A stretch of DNA of 64,000 bases from an uncultured Thermoleophilaceae bacterium. GTDB lineage: Bacteria; Actinomycetota; Thermoleophilia; Solirubrobacterales; Thermoleophilaceae. The first letter of the stretch is position 1; each line of letters starts with the position of its first letter. The stretch is from NCBI GenBank assembly GCA_963715995.1, contig OY970283.1, positions 2,866,411 to 2,930,410 of the forward strand, written 5' to 3'. Positions 46,630 to 56,249 of the stretch are shown here, one piece after another. The notes below the pieces were generated by a model that searched no databases, was not told the DNA's origin, and saw only the letters and a list, made by a program, of their open reading frames with translations. Made by a program: the position numbers and the translations under genes.

Positions 46630-47508
46630 GTGGCTTTCCTTCTAGACAAACGGCTGGTTTTCGTGACGGGCAAGGGCGGCGTCGGCAAGACGACGGTCGC
46701 CACGTGCCTCGCACGGGTGGCCGCGGACCGTGGTCAGCGGGTGATCGTGTGCGAGATCGCGAGCGACGAGCGGGGGCACGACGAGGTCGAGATCGCGCCC
46801 GGCATCCACTCGATCGCGGTCGATCCCGAGCACGCGATGCGCGAGTACCTGAGCGACCAGGTGGGCGGCGCGCTCACCAAGGTCATGACCTCCAGCCGCA
46901 TCTTCACCTACCTGGCCGCAGCCGCTCCGGGCATGCGCGAGCTGCTCACGATCGGGAAGGTCTGGGACCTCGCGCAGCTGGACCAGCGGCGCACGGGCAA
47001 CACGCCGTACGACCTGGTCATCCTCGATGCGCCGGCCACCGGGCACGCGCTCGGGATGCTGCGCACGCCGCGCACGTTCCGCGACGTCGCGCGCGTCGGG
47101 CCCATCTCCCGCCAGGCGGGGCGCATCGACACCTTCCTCAGCAACCCCGACCTCACAGGCATCGTCGCCGTGGCCGCGCCGGAGGAGATGCCGGTGAACG
47201 AGACGATCGAGTTCATCGCCGCACTCGGCGAGGAGATGCACATGCAGCCGGACGCGGTGGTGGTGAACGGCGTCTATCCCGACCGCTTCAAGGACGCGGA
47301 GATCGCGGCGATCGAAGCGGTCGGCGTGGACACGCCGGCGCTGGCCGCGGCGCTCTCGTCGCACCGGCGCGCGCGCCACCACCGCAACCAGGTGCGGCGC
47401 CTGCGCCGCCGAGCGCGCGCGCTGACGCTGCCGTTCCTGTTCCGGCCCGAGCTCGACGACGCCGACCTGGATGAGCTGGCGCGCGTGCTCGCGCGGGGGC
47501 TCGGATGA
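46630..47508 (+). CDS. ArsA/Get3-like ATPase (first of pair)
   Basis: P-loop VTGKGGVGKTTVA and LVILDAPATGHALGML. Start placed at GTG 46630 to avoid overlap with divergent parA (track start 46552). Confidence 0.75.
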   Translation: MAFLLDKRLVFVTGKGGVGKTTVATCLARVAADRGQRVIVCEIASDERGHDEVEIAPGIHSIAVDPEHAMREYLSDQVGGALTKVMTSSRIFTYLAAAAPGMRELLTIGKVWDLAQLDQRRTGNTPYDLVILDAPATGHALGMLRTPRTFRDVARVGPISRQAGRIDTFLSNPDLTGIVAVAAPEEMPVNETIEFIAALGEEMHMQPDAVVVNGVYPDRFKDAEIAAIEAVGVDTPALAAALSSHRRARHHRNQVRRLRRRARALTLPFLFRPELDDADLDELARVLARGLG

Positions 47509-48563
47509 GCATCCAGGCGCTGATCGACGAGGTCGACATCTGCGTCTGCGCGGGCGCGGGCGGTGTCGGCAAGACCTCCACGTCGGCGGCGATCGCGCTC
47601 GGCGCGGCGCAGCGGGGGCGCAAAGCCGCGGTCCTGACGATCGACCCGGCGAAGCGCCTGGCGAATGCGCTCGGGCTGGAGCGCCTGGGCAACGAGCCGC
47701 GGCGCGTGCGCGGCGTGGAAGGTGGCGGCGAGCTCTGGGCCATGATGCTCGACCCCAAGCGCACCTTCGACGAGCTGGTCGAGCGCCACGCCTCAGACGA
47801 GCGCACGCGCGACGCCGTCCTCTCGAACCGGATCTACCAGGAGCTGTCCAGCGCAGTGTCGGGCTCGCAGGAGTACATGGCCATGGAGAAGCTCTACGAG
47901 CTGCACCAGGACGGCCGCTTCGACCTGCTCGTGCTCGACACGCCGCCCACACGCAACGCGCTCGACTTCCTGGACGCGCCCGAGCGGCTTTCGCGCTTCA
48001 TCGACTCGCGCTCGCTGCGCTTCTTCCTGTCGCCCGGGGTGAAGCTGCTCGGTCGCGGCAGCGGCCTGCTGTTCGCGGTGCTCCAGCGCGTCACGGGCAT
48101 CGACCTGCTGCGCGATCTGTCGGAGTTCTTCCAGTCGTTCGGCGACATGTCCGAGGGGTTCCGCGCGCGCGCCGTGCAGGTGCACGAGCTGCTGGCCTCG
48201 GACGCCGCCACGTTCGTGCTGGTGGCATCGCCGCGCCGGGATGCGATCGACGATGCCGTCTTCTTCCACGATCAGCTCGCGCTGCGCGCAATGCCGTTCG
48301 GCGGCGCAGTGGTGAACCGCTTCCACGACGTGCGTGGAAGCTCGGGCAAGGTCGACCTGGCCGCGGCGCTCGGCGCGGAGCTCGCGGGCAAGGTCGAAGC
48401 CGCCTACAGCGACTACAAGGCGCTCTCCGATCGTGACCGCGCCAACCTCCGGCGCCTGACCGAGCGCGTGGCGGGAGAGCCCGTGATCGTCGTGCCCGAG
48501 CTGGACGGCGACGTCCACGATCTGGACGGGCTCGCCGCCATGGTCGAGCACCTCTTCGGTTGA
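47505..48563 (+). CDS. ArsA/Get3-like ATPase (second of pair)
   Basis: P-loop CAGAGGVGKTSTS, TIDPAKRL and LVLDTPPTRNALDFL. ATGA overlap with the preceding gene. Confidence 0.8.
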   Translation: MSIQALIDEVDICVCAGAGGVGKTSTSAAIALGAAQRGRKAAVLTIDPAKRLANALGLERLGNEPRRVRGVEGGGELWAMMLDPKRTFDELVERHASDERTRDAVLSNRIYQELSSAVSGSQEYMAMEKLYELHQDGRFDLLVLDTPPTRNALDFLDAPERLSRFIDSRSLRFFLSPGVKLLGRGSGLLFAVLQRVTGIDLLRDLSEFFQSFGDMSEGFRARAVQVHELLASDAATFVLVASPRRDAIDDAVFFHDQLALRAMPFGGAVVNRFHDVRGSSGKVDLAAALGAELAGKVEAAYSDYKALSDRDRANLRRLTERVAGEPVIVVPELDGDVHDLDGLAAMVEHLFG

Positions 48564-49747
48564 TCCGCCGCCACGCAACGGCCGCCGCGCTCCTTGCGGT
48601 CGTGGCAGCCGCGGCGCTGCTGTCGCTGCGCGCGCCGCTCGGCCTCGACTACGAAGGCGGGTCGACAACCGGAACGGACTCCGCGGCCCCTCAGATCGAC
48701 GCACTGATCGCGGGCCACCTGCATCGCTTCGTCTCGCCGCAGGCCGCGCAGGGGCCGGTGTCGCTGGTGCTGCGCGCGCCGTTCGCGGCCGTCGCAGGCT
48801 CGGGCCACCAGCTCGCTCGCTACCGCCTGGGCGTCTTCGCGTGCCTGCTGGCGCTTGGGCTCGCTTCACTGCTCGTGGCCCGCGCCATGGGCCGCCGCGG
48901 CGCCGGGCGCCGCGAGCAGGTCTTCGTCGCCGGGCTCATCCTGCTCGGGCCGGCGGTGTTCGACAGCGTCAAGTTCGGCCATCCCGAGGATCTGCTGGCC
49001 ACGGCACTCCTCATCGCCGCGGCCTTCGCAGCAGCCGCGAGCTCGGTGGCGCTCGCGGCGATCGCCTGCGGTCTGGCGATCGCCACCAAGGCCACCGCGC
49101 TCCTCGCGCTCGTCCCGGTCGCACTGGCGGCGTGCTCAGCCCGCGTGCGGGTCGGCCTTGCGACGGTGGCAGTGGCGGCGGTGGCGATCGCCCCGGTGGC
49201 GCTCGCGAGCCCGGGCTCGTTCAGGCGCGCGGTGCGGTTCGCGAACGAGTCGTCACTGATCCATCCGGCTGACATCTGGTGGCCGTTGTCGTCGCGCACC
49301 CGGCTGGTCTCGGACGGAGTGACCCTGCGCCGCGTGCGGGCACCGTACGTGCCTGGCGTCGTGCACCACGCGGTGCGCCCGTTCCTGATCGCACTCGCCG
49401 CCGGCCTGGCGCTCCTGGCTGCTCGCCGCCGGGAGCTCGACCTGGCCGACGTCTTCCTCGCGCTCGCGCTGGTGATGCTGCTGCGCTGCGTGCTCGACCC
49501 TGGCGACAACCGCTACTACCACGCGCCGTTCGCGATCTTCCTCGCCTGCTGGGAGGGCCTGCGCCACGGGCGCCTGCCGGTGATCGCGCTGGCGGCGGCG
49601 GGCCTCACGGCAACGGTGCCTTCGGCGTTCGGCCCCCATCGTGACCTCGTGAGCCTGCTCTACCTCGCGTGGGCGCTGCCCGCGAGCGCGTGGATGGCCT
49701 GGGAGCTGCTCCGCAGACCCACGCGACGGGGCCTGGCCCCGTTGTGA
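48560..49747 (+). CDS. polytopic membrane protein (DUF2029/GT87-like glycosyltransferase candidate)
   Basis: About 9 TM helices with an extracytoplasmic loop after TM1. Overlaps the ArsA-like gene stop. The family call is weak. Confidence 0.45.
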   Translation: MIRRHATAAALLAVVAAAALLSLRAPLGLDYEGGSTTGTDSAAPQIDALIAGHLHRFVSPQAAQGPVSLVLRAPFAAVAGSGHQLARYRLGVFACLLALGLASLLVARAMGRRGAGRREQVFVAGLILLGPAVFDSVKFGHPEDLLATALLIAAAFAAAASSVALAAIACGLAIATKATALLALVPVALAACSARVRVGLATVAVAAVAIAPVALASPGSFRRAVRFANESSLIHPADIWWPLSSRTRLVSDGVTLRRVRAPYVPGVVHHAVRPFLIALAAGLALLAARRRELDLADVFLALALVMLLRCVLDPGDNRYYHAPFAIFLACWEGLRHGRLPVIALAAAGLTATVPSAFGPHRDLVSLLYLAWALPASAWMAWELLRRPTRRGLAPL

Positions 49748-49788
49748 GGGTCTGGTGAACTGTCGGAACCACGACTGGAGGACGTCGC

Positions 49789-50439
49789 ATGAAGATCGCA
49801 ATCCCCATCTTCGACAAGGTCACCGCGCTCGACGCAATCGGCCCGTACGAGGTTCTCTCGCGCCTGCCCGGAGCGGAGCTCAAGTTCGTCTCGTTCGAGC
49901 CCGGCCTCGTGAAGACCGACAACCGCATGCTCTCGCTTCAGGCCGAGGTGTCGCTGGAGGACTTCGCCGACCCCGACGTGCTGGTGTTCCCGGGCGGCTT
50001 CGGAACGCGCCCGCTGATGAGCGACGACCGGATCCTCGACTGGGTCCGCTCCGTGCACGAGGGGACGCAGTGGACGACGTCGGTCTGCACCGGATCGCTG
50101 GTGCTCGGCGCCGCCGGGCTGCTCGACGGGCTCGAGGCAACCACGCACTGGGCTGCGATGGACACGCTGGCGTCGACCGGCGCGCGGCCCGTCAGCCGGC
50201 GCGTGGTCGAGCAGGGCAAGATCGTGACCGCGGCAGGCGTCTCCTCCGGCATCGACATGGCGCTGATGCTGGCCGGCCGGATCGCCGGCGACACCGTGGC
50301 CCAGGCGATCCAGCTCGGCATCGAGTACGACCCGCAGCCGCCCTACGACTCGGGTTCGCCCGAGAAAGCGCCGGCTGACGTGCTGGAGCTCGTGCGCAAC
50401 ATCGAGGCCGCGCAGGACGGCGAGCCGGCCCCGGCTTAG
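49789..50439 (+). CDS. DJ-1/PfpI family protein
   Basis: Nucleophile-elbow region WTTSVCTGSLVLGAAGLL, then ATTHW and AAGVSSGIDMAL. Confidence 0.8.
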   Translation: MKIAIPIFDKVTALDAIGPYEVLSRLPGAELKFVSFEPGLVKTDNRMLSLQAEVSLEDFADPDVLVFPGGFGTRPLMSDDRILDWVRSVHEGTQWTTSVCTGSLVLGAAGLLDGLEATTHWAAMDTLASTGARPVSRRVVEQGKIVTAAGVSSGIDMALMLAGRIAGDTVAQAIQLGIEYDPQPPYDSGSPEKAPADVLELVRNIEAAQDGEPAPA

Positions 50440-52058
50440 ACGGGAGCCGAGTAGTCGCCGGGATCGTCCAGATCCCAGGCGAAGTCGTCGATCACCAGCG
50501 CCGTCTGCTCGTGCGCGCGGGTGGGCTGGGGGCTGTCGTTGATCACGTCGACCAGCCGCGTCACGCTCGGCTCGGCCTCCGGTGGCACCAGCGCGACCGG
50601 ACGCACGAACTCGCGCACCGCATGGCGCTCGCGGTGCGGCACGGCGGCAGGCGTGGGACCCGGACCGGCATCGGTGCCCGGCGAACGGTGCTCGGGCGGA
50701 AGCGACTGCTCGGTCGCCGGATCCTCGAACGTCGTGGGCGGGTCGAACGCGGGCGCGGCGACGACCCCAACCGGCTCCGGGCGCGCTTCCCGCGCGTGTA
50801 TCTGGATCGGCTCGCTGCCCAGCAGCAGCTCGTCGGCCATCGACGCCAGCCCCGGCTTCAGGTAGCCGCAGACCACGTCGCGCAGCAGCGCCCGCAGGTG
50901 CTCCTCCATCTCCGCCACCAGCTGGCGGCCGGACTGGATGCCGCGCGGCGGCGCCCAGGCGTCGATCGGGACGCCGTCGATCAACGCCAGCTCCAGCTCC
51001 AGCGCCGCTTCGACGTGCGACATCAGCAGCTCCCGGTTCGGCTCCTCGGCGCACAGCGCGGCGAGCCGTCGGGCCAGCGTCGGCTGTCCGGCCTCGTCGA
51101 CCGCGTCGAGCAGGCCGCGCAGCGCCAGCAGGTAGTCCGACAGCGCCTCCGCGTCGGATGTGCGCTCGCAGCCCATGTCGAAGCGGGCCAGCGCCCACGC
51201 CAGCGGGCCGGCCGGGTCCCAGTCGGCCACCATCGTGGCGAACTGCCTGAAGCTCTCCTCCTCCTCGGCGCCCAGCGCCCATGCGCCACCGCGCGCGGGT
51301 GGAGCAGCTTGTAAAGCAACCTGACGCCACGGACCGTCGTCGGCACGCGCCCAGCCGGTGCTGGGAAGGGCAACCGAGCCGCTGCGCCACAGGCGGAAGG
51401 CGGTGACCAGCCGCCGCAGCTGCCAGCGCGCCTCCGGGATCGGCAGCTGTGCGTCGACGGGCAGCTCGCCCTCGATCAGCGCAACCACGTTCGGCACGAC
51501 GCGCCCACGCTCGATCTCCGACGTGCTCGACGCCCATACGGCTTCAGGTGGCGCGCCCGACAGGTCGCCGCGCACCAGGACCACTCCGCCCAGCTCCACG
51601 CGGTCGCGCTCCATCACGAGCCCCGGCAGCGGCGCCGCGATCGCCGCCTGGAGCACGCCCTCGTACAGCGCCCGCTCGACCTCCTCGTAGACGCGCTCGA
51701 AGCGCTCCTCGGGGAAGGCAAAGCTCGTAGCGTCCTCCCAGATGCGCTCGAGCATTGCGAGCAGCGCGGGCTCGGCGTCCGCATCTGCGGCCAGACCCTG
51801 CACCCGCAGATACGCCGCCGAGCCCATGCCGAGCTCCTCGGCCGCCGCCCCAAAGCTGTCGAGCGTGCGAAGTTGCTGCCAGCGCTCGCTCACGAAGGTC
51901 GCGATCAGCGGGCGGTAGCGGTACAGAACGGAGCGACCCGTCGAGCGCTCGTCGAGCTCGAAGGCAACCTCGGCACCCGCCTCGATGTCGGTCGAGAGGG
52001 CGCGGGCGGAGTCGAGAGCAAACGCACGGAGCGCGTCGTGCAGGCGGCGGTTACGCAT
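50436..52058 (-). CDS. hypothetical protein (540 aa, acidic disordered C-tail)
   Basis: Long ORF with normal composition, ending in a 4-nt overlap with the convergent DJ-1 gene. I recognise no motifs. Confidence 0.6.
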   Translation of the reverse strand: MRNRRLHDALRAFALDSARALSTDIEAGAEVAFELDERSTGRSVLYRYRPLIATFVSERWQQLRTLDSFGAAAEELGMGSAAYLRVQGLAADADAEPALLAMLERIWEDATSFAFPEERFERVYEEVERALYEGVLQAAIAAPLPGLVMERDRVELGGVVLVRGDLSGAPPEAVWASSTSEIERGRVVPNVVALIEGELPVDAQLPIPEARWQLRRLVTAFRLWRSGSVALPSTGWARADDGPWRQVALQAAPPARGGAWALGAEEEESFRQFATMVADWDPAGPLAWALARFDMGCERTSDAEALSDYLLALRGLLDAVDEAGQPTLARRLAALCAEEPNRELLMSHVEAALELELALIDGVPIDAWAPPRGIQSGRQLVAEMEEHLRALLRDVVCGYLKPGLASMADELLLGSEPIQIHAREARPEPVGVVAAPAFDPPTTFEDPATEQSLPPEHRSPGTDAGPGPTPAAVPHRERHAVREFVRPVALVPPEAEPSVTRLVDVINDSPQPTRAHEQTALVIDDFAWDLDDPGDYSAPV

Positions 52059-52104
52059 GCAGGCGCATTCGCCATTTTCGAGATGGGTCCTGCTACGAGG
52101 GGGC

Positions 52105-52425
52105 TCAGGTGGCCAGGGCGGGGACGGCGTCGAGCCACTCGCGCCCGTACTGGCGCATGTCCTCGATGATCGGCACGAGCGCCCGGCCCTTCTCGGTCAG
52201 CGAGTACTCCACGCGCGGGGGAACCTCCGAGAACGTCCGGCGCTCGATCACGCCCTGCTCCTCGAGCGCGCGCAGGCGCAAGGACAACGTTCGCGGCGAG
52301 ATGCCCTCGAGCGAGCGCTCGAGCTCACCGAACCGCGAGCGACCCTCTGACAGGTCGCGGATCAGCAGGATGGTCCACTTGCCGGCAAGGATCTCGGCGC
52401 ACGCGCTGACGGGACAGCACTCCAT
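52105..52425 (-). CDS. HxlR-family (MarR-like) transcriptional regulator
   Basis: CPVSACAEILAGKWTILLIRDL...GISPRTLSLRLRALEEQGVIER...PPRVEYSLTEKG. Confidence 0.85.
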   Translation of the reverse strand: MECCPVSACAEILAGKWTILLIRDLSEGRSRFGELERSLEGISPRTLSLRLRALEEQGVIERRTFSEVPPRVEYSLTEKGRALVPIIEDMRQYGREWLDAVPALAT

Positions 52426-52445
52426 GACTTCAGAAAGTGTAGTGG

Positions 52446-52997
52446 TGGGTGGCGCGCTCGGGCAGGGCTTCCGACGTGTTAGGGCTCAGGCGGCGTGGTT
52501 CGCGAGCACCGACCCTCCGTTGGGCAACTAAGAGGGATCGGTGCTCGCTCGCGAAGCCGCTGTTGGTCTCGCTGTCTCGGTTCGCTCGTGGCGCCGCGCT
52601 TCTGGTCGCGAGTTTCACGTTAAGCCGCGTATATCGGCTCAATGTGAAACTCGGGCTTCGAGTGGCAGGTTGACCACGCGGTTCGCGGGTGAAGGTGCCA
52701 CTCGGGCATCGAGTGTGACCTCGACCACGCTATACGTGGTTAACGTCACAGTCGCCGGTCAGTGAGCGCGTTTGCGCGGGTTCGAAGGCCGGCGGGGGCG
52801 AGATGGCCGGCGAGAGAACGCAAGCGCCAGACCAGCCACCCCTTGGCCGAAGCAGTTTCCAAACCGCGGTGCCAGAGCGGGGGGCGGAGAGCGGCGAGGG
52901 GACGGCCGGCGGAGAGCGGCGAGGGGCCGGCGGGCGGCAGAGCGCCGAGGGGACGGCTGGCGGCAGAACGGGACGGCCGGCGGAGAGCAGCGACGAG
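52446..52997. repeat. composite intergenic repeat, copy B
   Basis: Same module order and orientation as copy A. Left module 52446-52578 includes a 47-nt hairpin at 52502-52548. Hairpins at 52610-52652, 52659-52704 and 52714-52750. Right module 52805-52868. Minisatellite 52883-52997. Confidence 0.8.
52883..52997. repeat. G-rich tandem repeat, units of 25/25/26/20/~19 bp (GGCGG(A/C)(G/A)AG...)
   Basis: Units start at 52883, 52908, 52933, 52959 and 52979. Related to, but with a different period from, the copy A minisatellite. It ends 6 nt from the AIM24 stop codon. Confidence 0.75.
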
Positions 52998-53002
52998 CCG
53001 AG

Positions 53003-53722
53003 CTACCCGCCCAAGCTCTTCAGCAACCCGCCCGCGCCGCCGCCGCCGCCCATCGGCGACACGCTCACGCGGCCTTCGCTCGGCTGCACGAGCACCCAGC
53101 CCGTCCCTTCGAACGCGACCTGGATCGACTCGCCCGAGCCGCGGCCTATCAGCGTCTTCACGTTGATGTCGGTCTTCATCGAGGTGCGCACCCCTGACGA
53201 CCACGTGATCGCTGCCTGCGGATCGGCGAACGTCGGCGCGTCGCCCACGTCCAGGAGCACCGGCGGCCCGTCCGAGAGCAGCGCCACGAAACCGGTTCCC
53301 TTCAGCGAGACGTTGAAGAGGCCGCCCGTCAGCAGGCCGCCGGCCCCCTCCACGCGCGTGATGTCCCAGTCGATGCCGGCGTCGAACGCCAGCAGGTTCG
53401 CCCCGTTGCACGTGATCTGGTCGTCGTCCAGGCGCAGGATGTGGATCTCCTGCGCCTGCTCGGCCAGGAACAGCTCGCCCGACCCGGTGCACTTCATGAA
53501 CTTCACGTCCTCGCCCGTGGTCATCTTCTTCACGAGCCTGGCCATCCCGCCTGCGCCGGCGTGCTCGAACTTGACCTCGCCCTGGTAGGCGACCATCGAG
53601 CCGAGCTTGGCCTGGATCGTGACGTCGCGCAGCGAGACCTTGAGCAGCTTCGAGTTCTGGAGCGCGAACGACTCCGTCGACTGGGTCTCGGCGAATTGCT
53701 GGAGCGCCGCTTCCGCAGGCAT
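53003..53722 (-). CDS. AIM24 (DUF124) family protein
   Basis: GSMVAYQGEVKFEH...FMKCTGSGELFLA...WSSGV...G-rich tail, the typical AIM24 beta-rich pattern. Confidence 0.7.
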   Translation of the reverse strand: MPAEAALQQFAETQSTESFALQNSKLLKVSLRDVTIQAKLGSMVAYQGEVKFEHAGAGGMARLVKKMTTGEDVKFMKCTGSGELFLAEQAQEIHILRLDDDQITCNGANLLAFDAGIDWDITRVEGAGGLLTGGLFNVSLKGTGFVALLSDGPPVLLDVGDAPTFADPQAAITWSSGVRTSMKTDINVKTLIGRGSGESIQVAFEGTGWVLVQPSEGRVSVSPMGGGGGAGGLLKSLGG

Positions 53723-53725
53723 CGC

Positions 53726-54844
53726 CTAGAAGACGCTCTGCTCGACGTTGTCGACCGAGCCCGACGCCGAGCCACCGGCCGCGACCATGAGCTTGAAGTC
53801 ATGTGGCGAGGTGGCCATCGACAGCGCCTCCTCCATCGTGATCCGCTCGGCCTGGAGATGCCCGAGGAGCGCCTGGTCGAAGGTCTGCATGCCGTAGTAG
53901 GCACCCTCGGCGATCGCCTCCGGAAGGTTCCCGGTCAGGTCCGGATCCATGACCATGTCCTTGATCCGCGCGGTCGCCTTCAGCACCTCGCAGACCGCAA
54001 CCCGCCCCTGGCCGTCCGCCGTCCGGGCCAGCCGCTGCGAGATGACGCCCTTGAGCGTGCCGGCCAGCATCGCTCGCGCCTGCGGCTGCATGTGGGGCTC
54101 GAAGAAGTCGATGATGCGGTTGATCGACTCCGGCGCGTCGACCGTGTGAAGCGTCGAGAGCACGAGGTGCCCGGTCTCGGCCGCCGACAGGGCGGTGCGC
54201 ACCGTCTCCTCGTCGCGCATCTCGCCCACGAGGATCGTGTCCGGGTCCTGGCGCAGCACGCGCTTGAGCGCCGCCTTGAACGAGAGCGTGTCCTGGCCGA
54301 CCTCGCGCTGGTTGATGATCGACTGCTTGTCGCGGTGCAGGAACTCGATCGGATCCTCGATCGTGACGATGTGCTTCGCCTGCGTGGTGTTCATCCGGTC
54401 GATCATCGCGGCGAGGGTGGTGGACTTGCCCGAGCCGGTGGTGCCGGTGACCAGGATGATCCCGCGCTCCTCGTCGGCCAGGTCGTTGATGACCGACGGC
54501 AGGTTGAGCTCCTCGACCGTCTTGATGTCCGAAGGGATCGCGCGGAACACGAACGAGATCGAGCCGCGCTGGTGGAACGCGTTGACGCGGAAGCGCCCCG
54601 CGCCCTGCATGCCGAACGAGAAGTCGAGCTCGCGCTCGCGCTGGAACTCGTCGCGCTTCGCTTCGTCGGTGACCATGAGCCGGAAGACGTCCTCGGTGTC
54701 GTTCGGCATGAGCTTGTCGGTGCCCGGGATCGGCTCCAGCCGCCCGTGCAGGCGGATCAGGGGCGGCGAGGGGACCTTCAGGTGCAGGTCCGAGCCACCG
54801 GTTTCGATGACTCGCTTGAGCGCAGCTTCGAGATCAAAGGCCAT
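53726..54844 (-). CDS. pilT: type IV pilus retraction ATPase PilT family
   Basis: GGSDLHL, Walker A GTTGSGKSTT, Asp box TIEDPIEF, Walker B ILVGEMRD, His box LSTLHT. Confidence 0.85.
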   Translation of the reverse strand: MAFDLEAALKRVIETGGSDLHLKVPSPPLIRLHGRLEPIPGTDKLMPNDTEDVFRLMVTDEAKRDEFQRERELDFSFGMQGAGRFRVNAFHQRGSISFVFRAIPSDIKTVEELNLPSVINDLADEERGIILVTGTTGSGKSTTLAAMIDRMNTTQAKHIVTIEDPIEFLHRDKQSIINQREVGQDTLSFKAALKRVLRQDPDTILVGEMRDEETVRTALSAAETGHLVLSTLHTVDAPESINRIIDFFEPHMQPQARAMLAGTLKGVISQRLARTADGQGRVAVCEVLKATARIKDMVMDPDLTGNLPEAIAEGAYYGMQTFDQALLGHLQAERITMEEALSMATSPHDFKLMVAAGGSASGSVDNVEQSVF

Positions 54845-54899
54845 TGCGGCCTAGGGTAACTGCGAATCCGGCCGTGCGAAAGGGCGCGGGAGGCGCTGC

Positions 54900-56006
54900 T
54901 CAGGCCACGTCGCGGAGCTTCTGAGCCTCCGCAAGCGACTGGAGCTTCTTCAGCGACTGATTCTCGATCTGGCGGATCCGCTCGCGCGTGACGTTGAAGG
55001 TGCGCCCGACCTCGTCGAGTGTGCGCGGATGCTCGCCGCCGAGCCCGTAGCGCAGCTCCAGAACGCGCCGCTCGCGGTAGCTCAGGTTCTCGAGCGCCTC
55101 GCGCAGGGCTTCCTTCGTGAGGATCTCGGCAGCACGCTCGTAGGGCGACTCGGCCCGCTCGTCGGCGATGAACTGACCGAACTCTGACTCCTCCTCGTCG
55201 CCCACCGGCTTCTCGAGCGAAACGGGGGCCTGGGCCGAGCGCTTGATCGAGTCGACCTCCTCCGGGTCGATCCCGGTGGCCTCGGAGATCTCCTCCGCCG
55301 TGGGCTCGCGACCGAGCTCGGTGACGAGCTTCCGCTCGGCGCGGCCGATCTTGTTGAGCTTCTCGACGACGTGCACCGGGATGCGGATGGTGCGCGCCTT
55401 GTCGGCAAGCGCACGCGCGATCGCCTGGCGGATCCACCAGGTGGCGTAGGTGGAGAACTTGAAGCCCTTGCGGTAGTCGAACTTCTCGGCGGCGCGCACC
55501 AGGCCGAGCGTGCCCTCCTGGATCAGATCGAGGAACGGCAGCCCCTGGTTGCGGTAGTTCTTGGCGATCGAGACCACCAGGCGCAGGTTCGACTCGACCA
55601 TCTTCTGCTTCGCGTCGAGGTCGCCGCGCTCGATGCGCTTGGCGAGGTCGACCTCCTCCTGGGCGGTGAGCAGCCGGACCTTGCCGATGTCCTTCAGGAA
55701 CAGCTGGAGCGAGTCGGTGGTCATGTCCGGCCGCAGGTCCAGCGTCGGCGAGGCCTTCTTGCGCGAACGGGACTTCGTGGGCTCGGGCGCCGCGAGCTTG
55801 GCGGCCTGTGCGAAGGGGTGGTCGTCCTCGACCAGCTCTATCTCCGCGCGCTCGAGGACCAGGTGGATCTCCTCGATGTCGCCCTCTTCGAGCTCGATCT
55901 CGGTCAAGGCCGTCGCGATCTGCCCGAAGGTCAGGAGGCCAGCCTCCTGGCCTCGTGCGACGAGCATCTTGACCTCGTCCAGTTCGTGAAGCTCTCCGAC
56001 AGTCAT
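54900..56006 (-). CDS. rpoD: RNA polymerase sigma-70 factor, group 1/2 (RpoD/SigA-like)
   Basis: Region 1.1-like N-terminus, then regions 2-4: [56 protein letters not shown] and [19 protein letters not shown]. Confidence 0.9.
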   Translation of the reverse strand: MTVGELHELDEVKMLVARGQEAGLLTFGQIATALTEIELEEGDIEEIHLVLERAEIELVEDDHPFAQAAKLAAPEPTKSRSRKKASPTLDLRPDMTTDSLQLFLKDIGKVRLLTAQEEVDLAKRIERGDLDAKQKMVESNLRLVVSIAKNYRNQGLPFLDLIQEGTLGLVRAAEKFDYRKGFKFSTYATWWIRQAIARALADKARTIRIPVHVVEKLNKIGRAERKLVTELGREPTAEEISEATGIDPEEVDSIKRSAQAPVSLEKPVGDEEESEFGQFIADERAESPYERAAEILTKEALREALENLSYRERRVLELRYGLGGEHPRTLDEVGRTFNVTRERIRQIENQSLKKLQSLAEAQKLRDVA

Positions 56007-56249
56007 GTAGTTACTCGTCGCTCCTTGATGCAGTCAGCGGTCGCGCAAGGCTTCCGGGCCAGAACCTCGACGGAGGCGGGGCCTCCCCGAAAGCCTATAC
56101 AGCGGTGTCTGCGATTCGGAACATCCTGTTCCCGTTGAGAACGAACGCCCAGATGGCCGGCAGGCCTGCCTACCCCTGTGAGCACATCGTTCAAACTCGA
56201 ACATTCAACGAGGGCAGAGGACCGTTTCTTCGGTGATCGCTATATTCCT

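Noticed and set aside
52610-52750. Integron attC sites (stem / unpaired spacer / stem / variable loop architecture, one GTTAAGC = GTTRRRY match)
   Set aside because: The hairpins are shorter (37-46 nt) than attC sites. Only one of seven contains a GTTRRRY core, and none has the paired RYYYAAC. There is no intI integrase and no array of promoterless cassettes. Flanking genes are ordinary housekeeping genes in mixed orientation.
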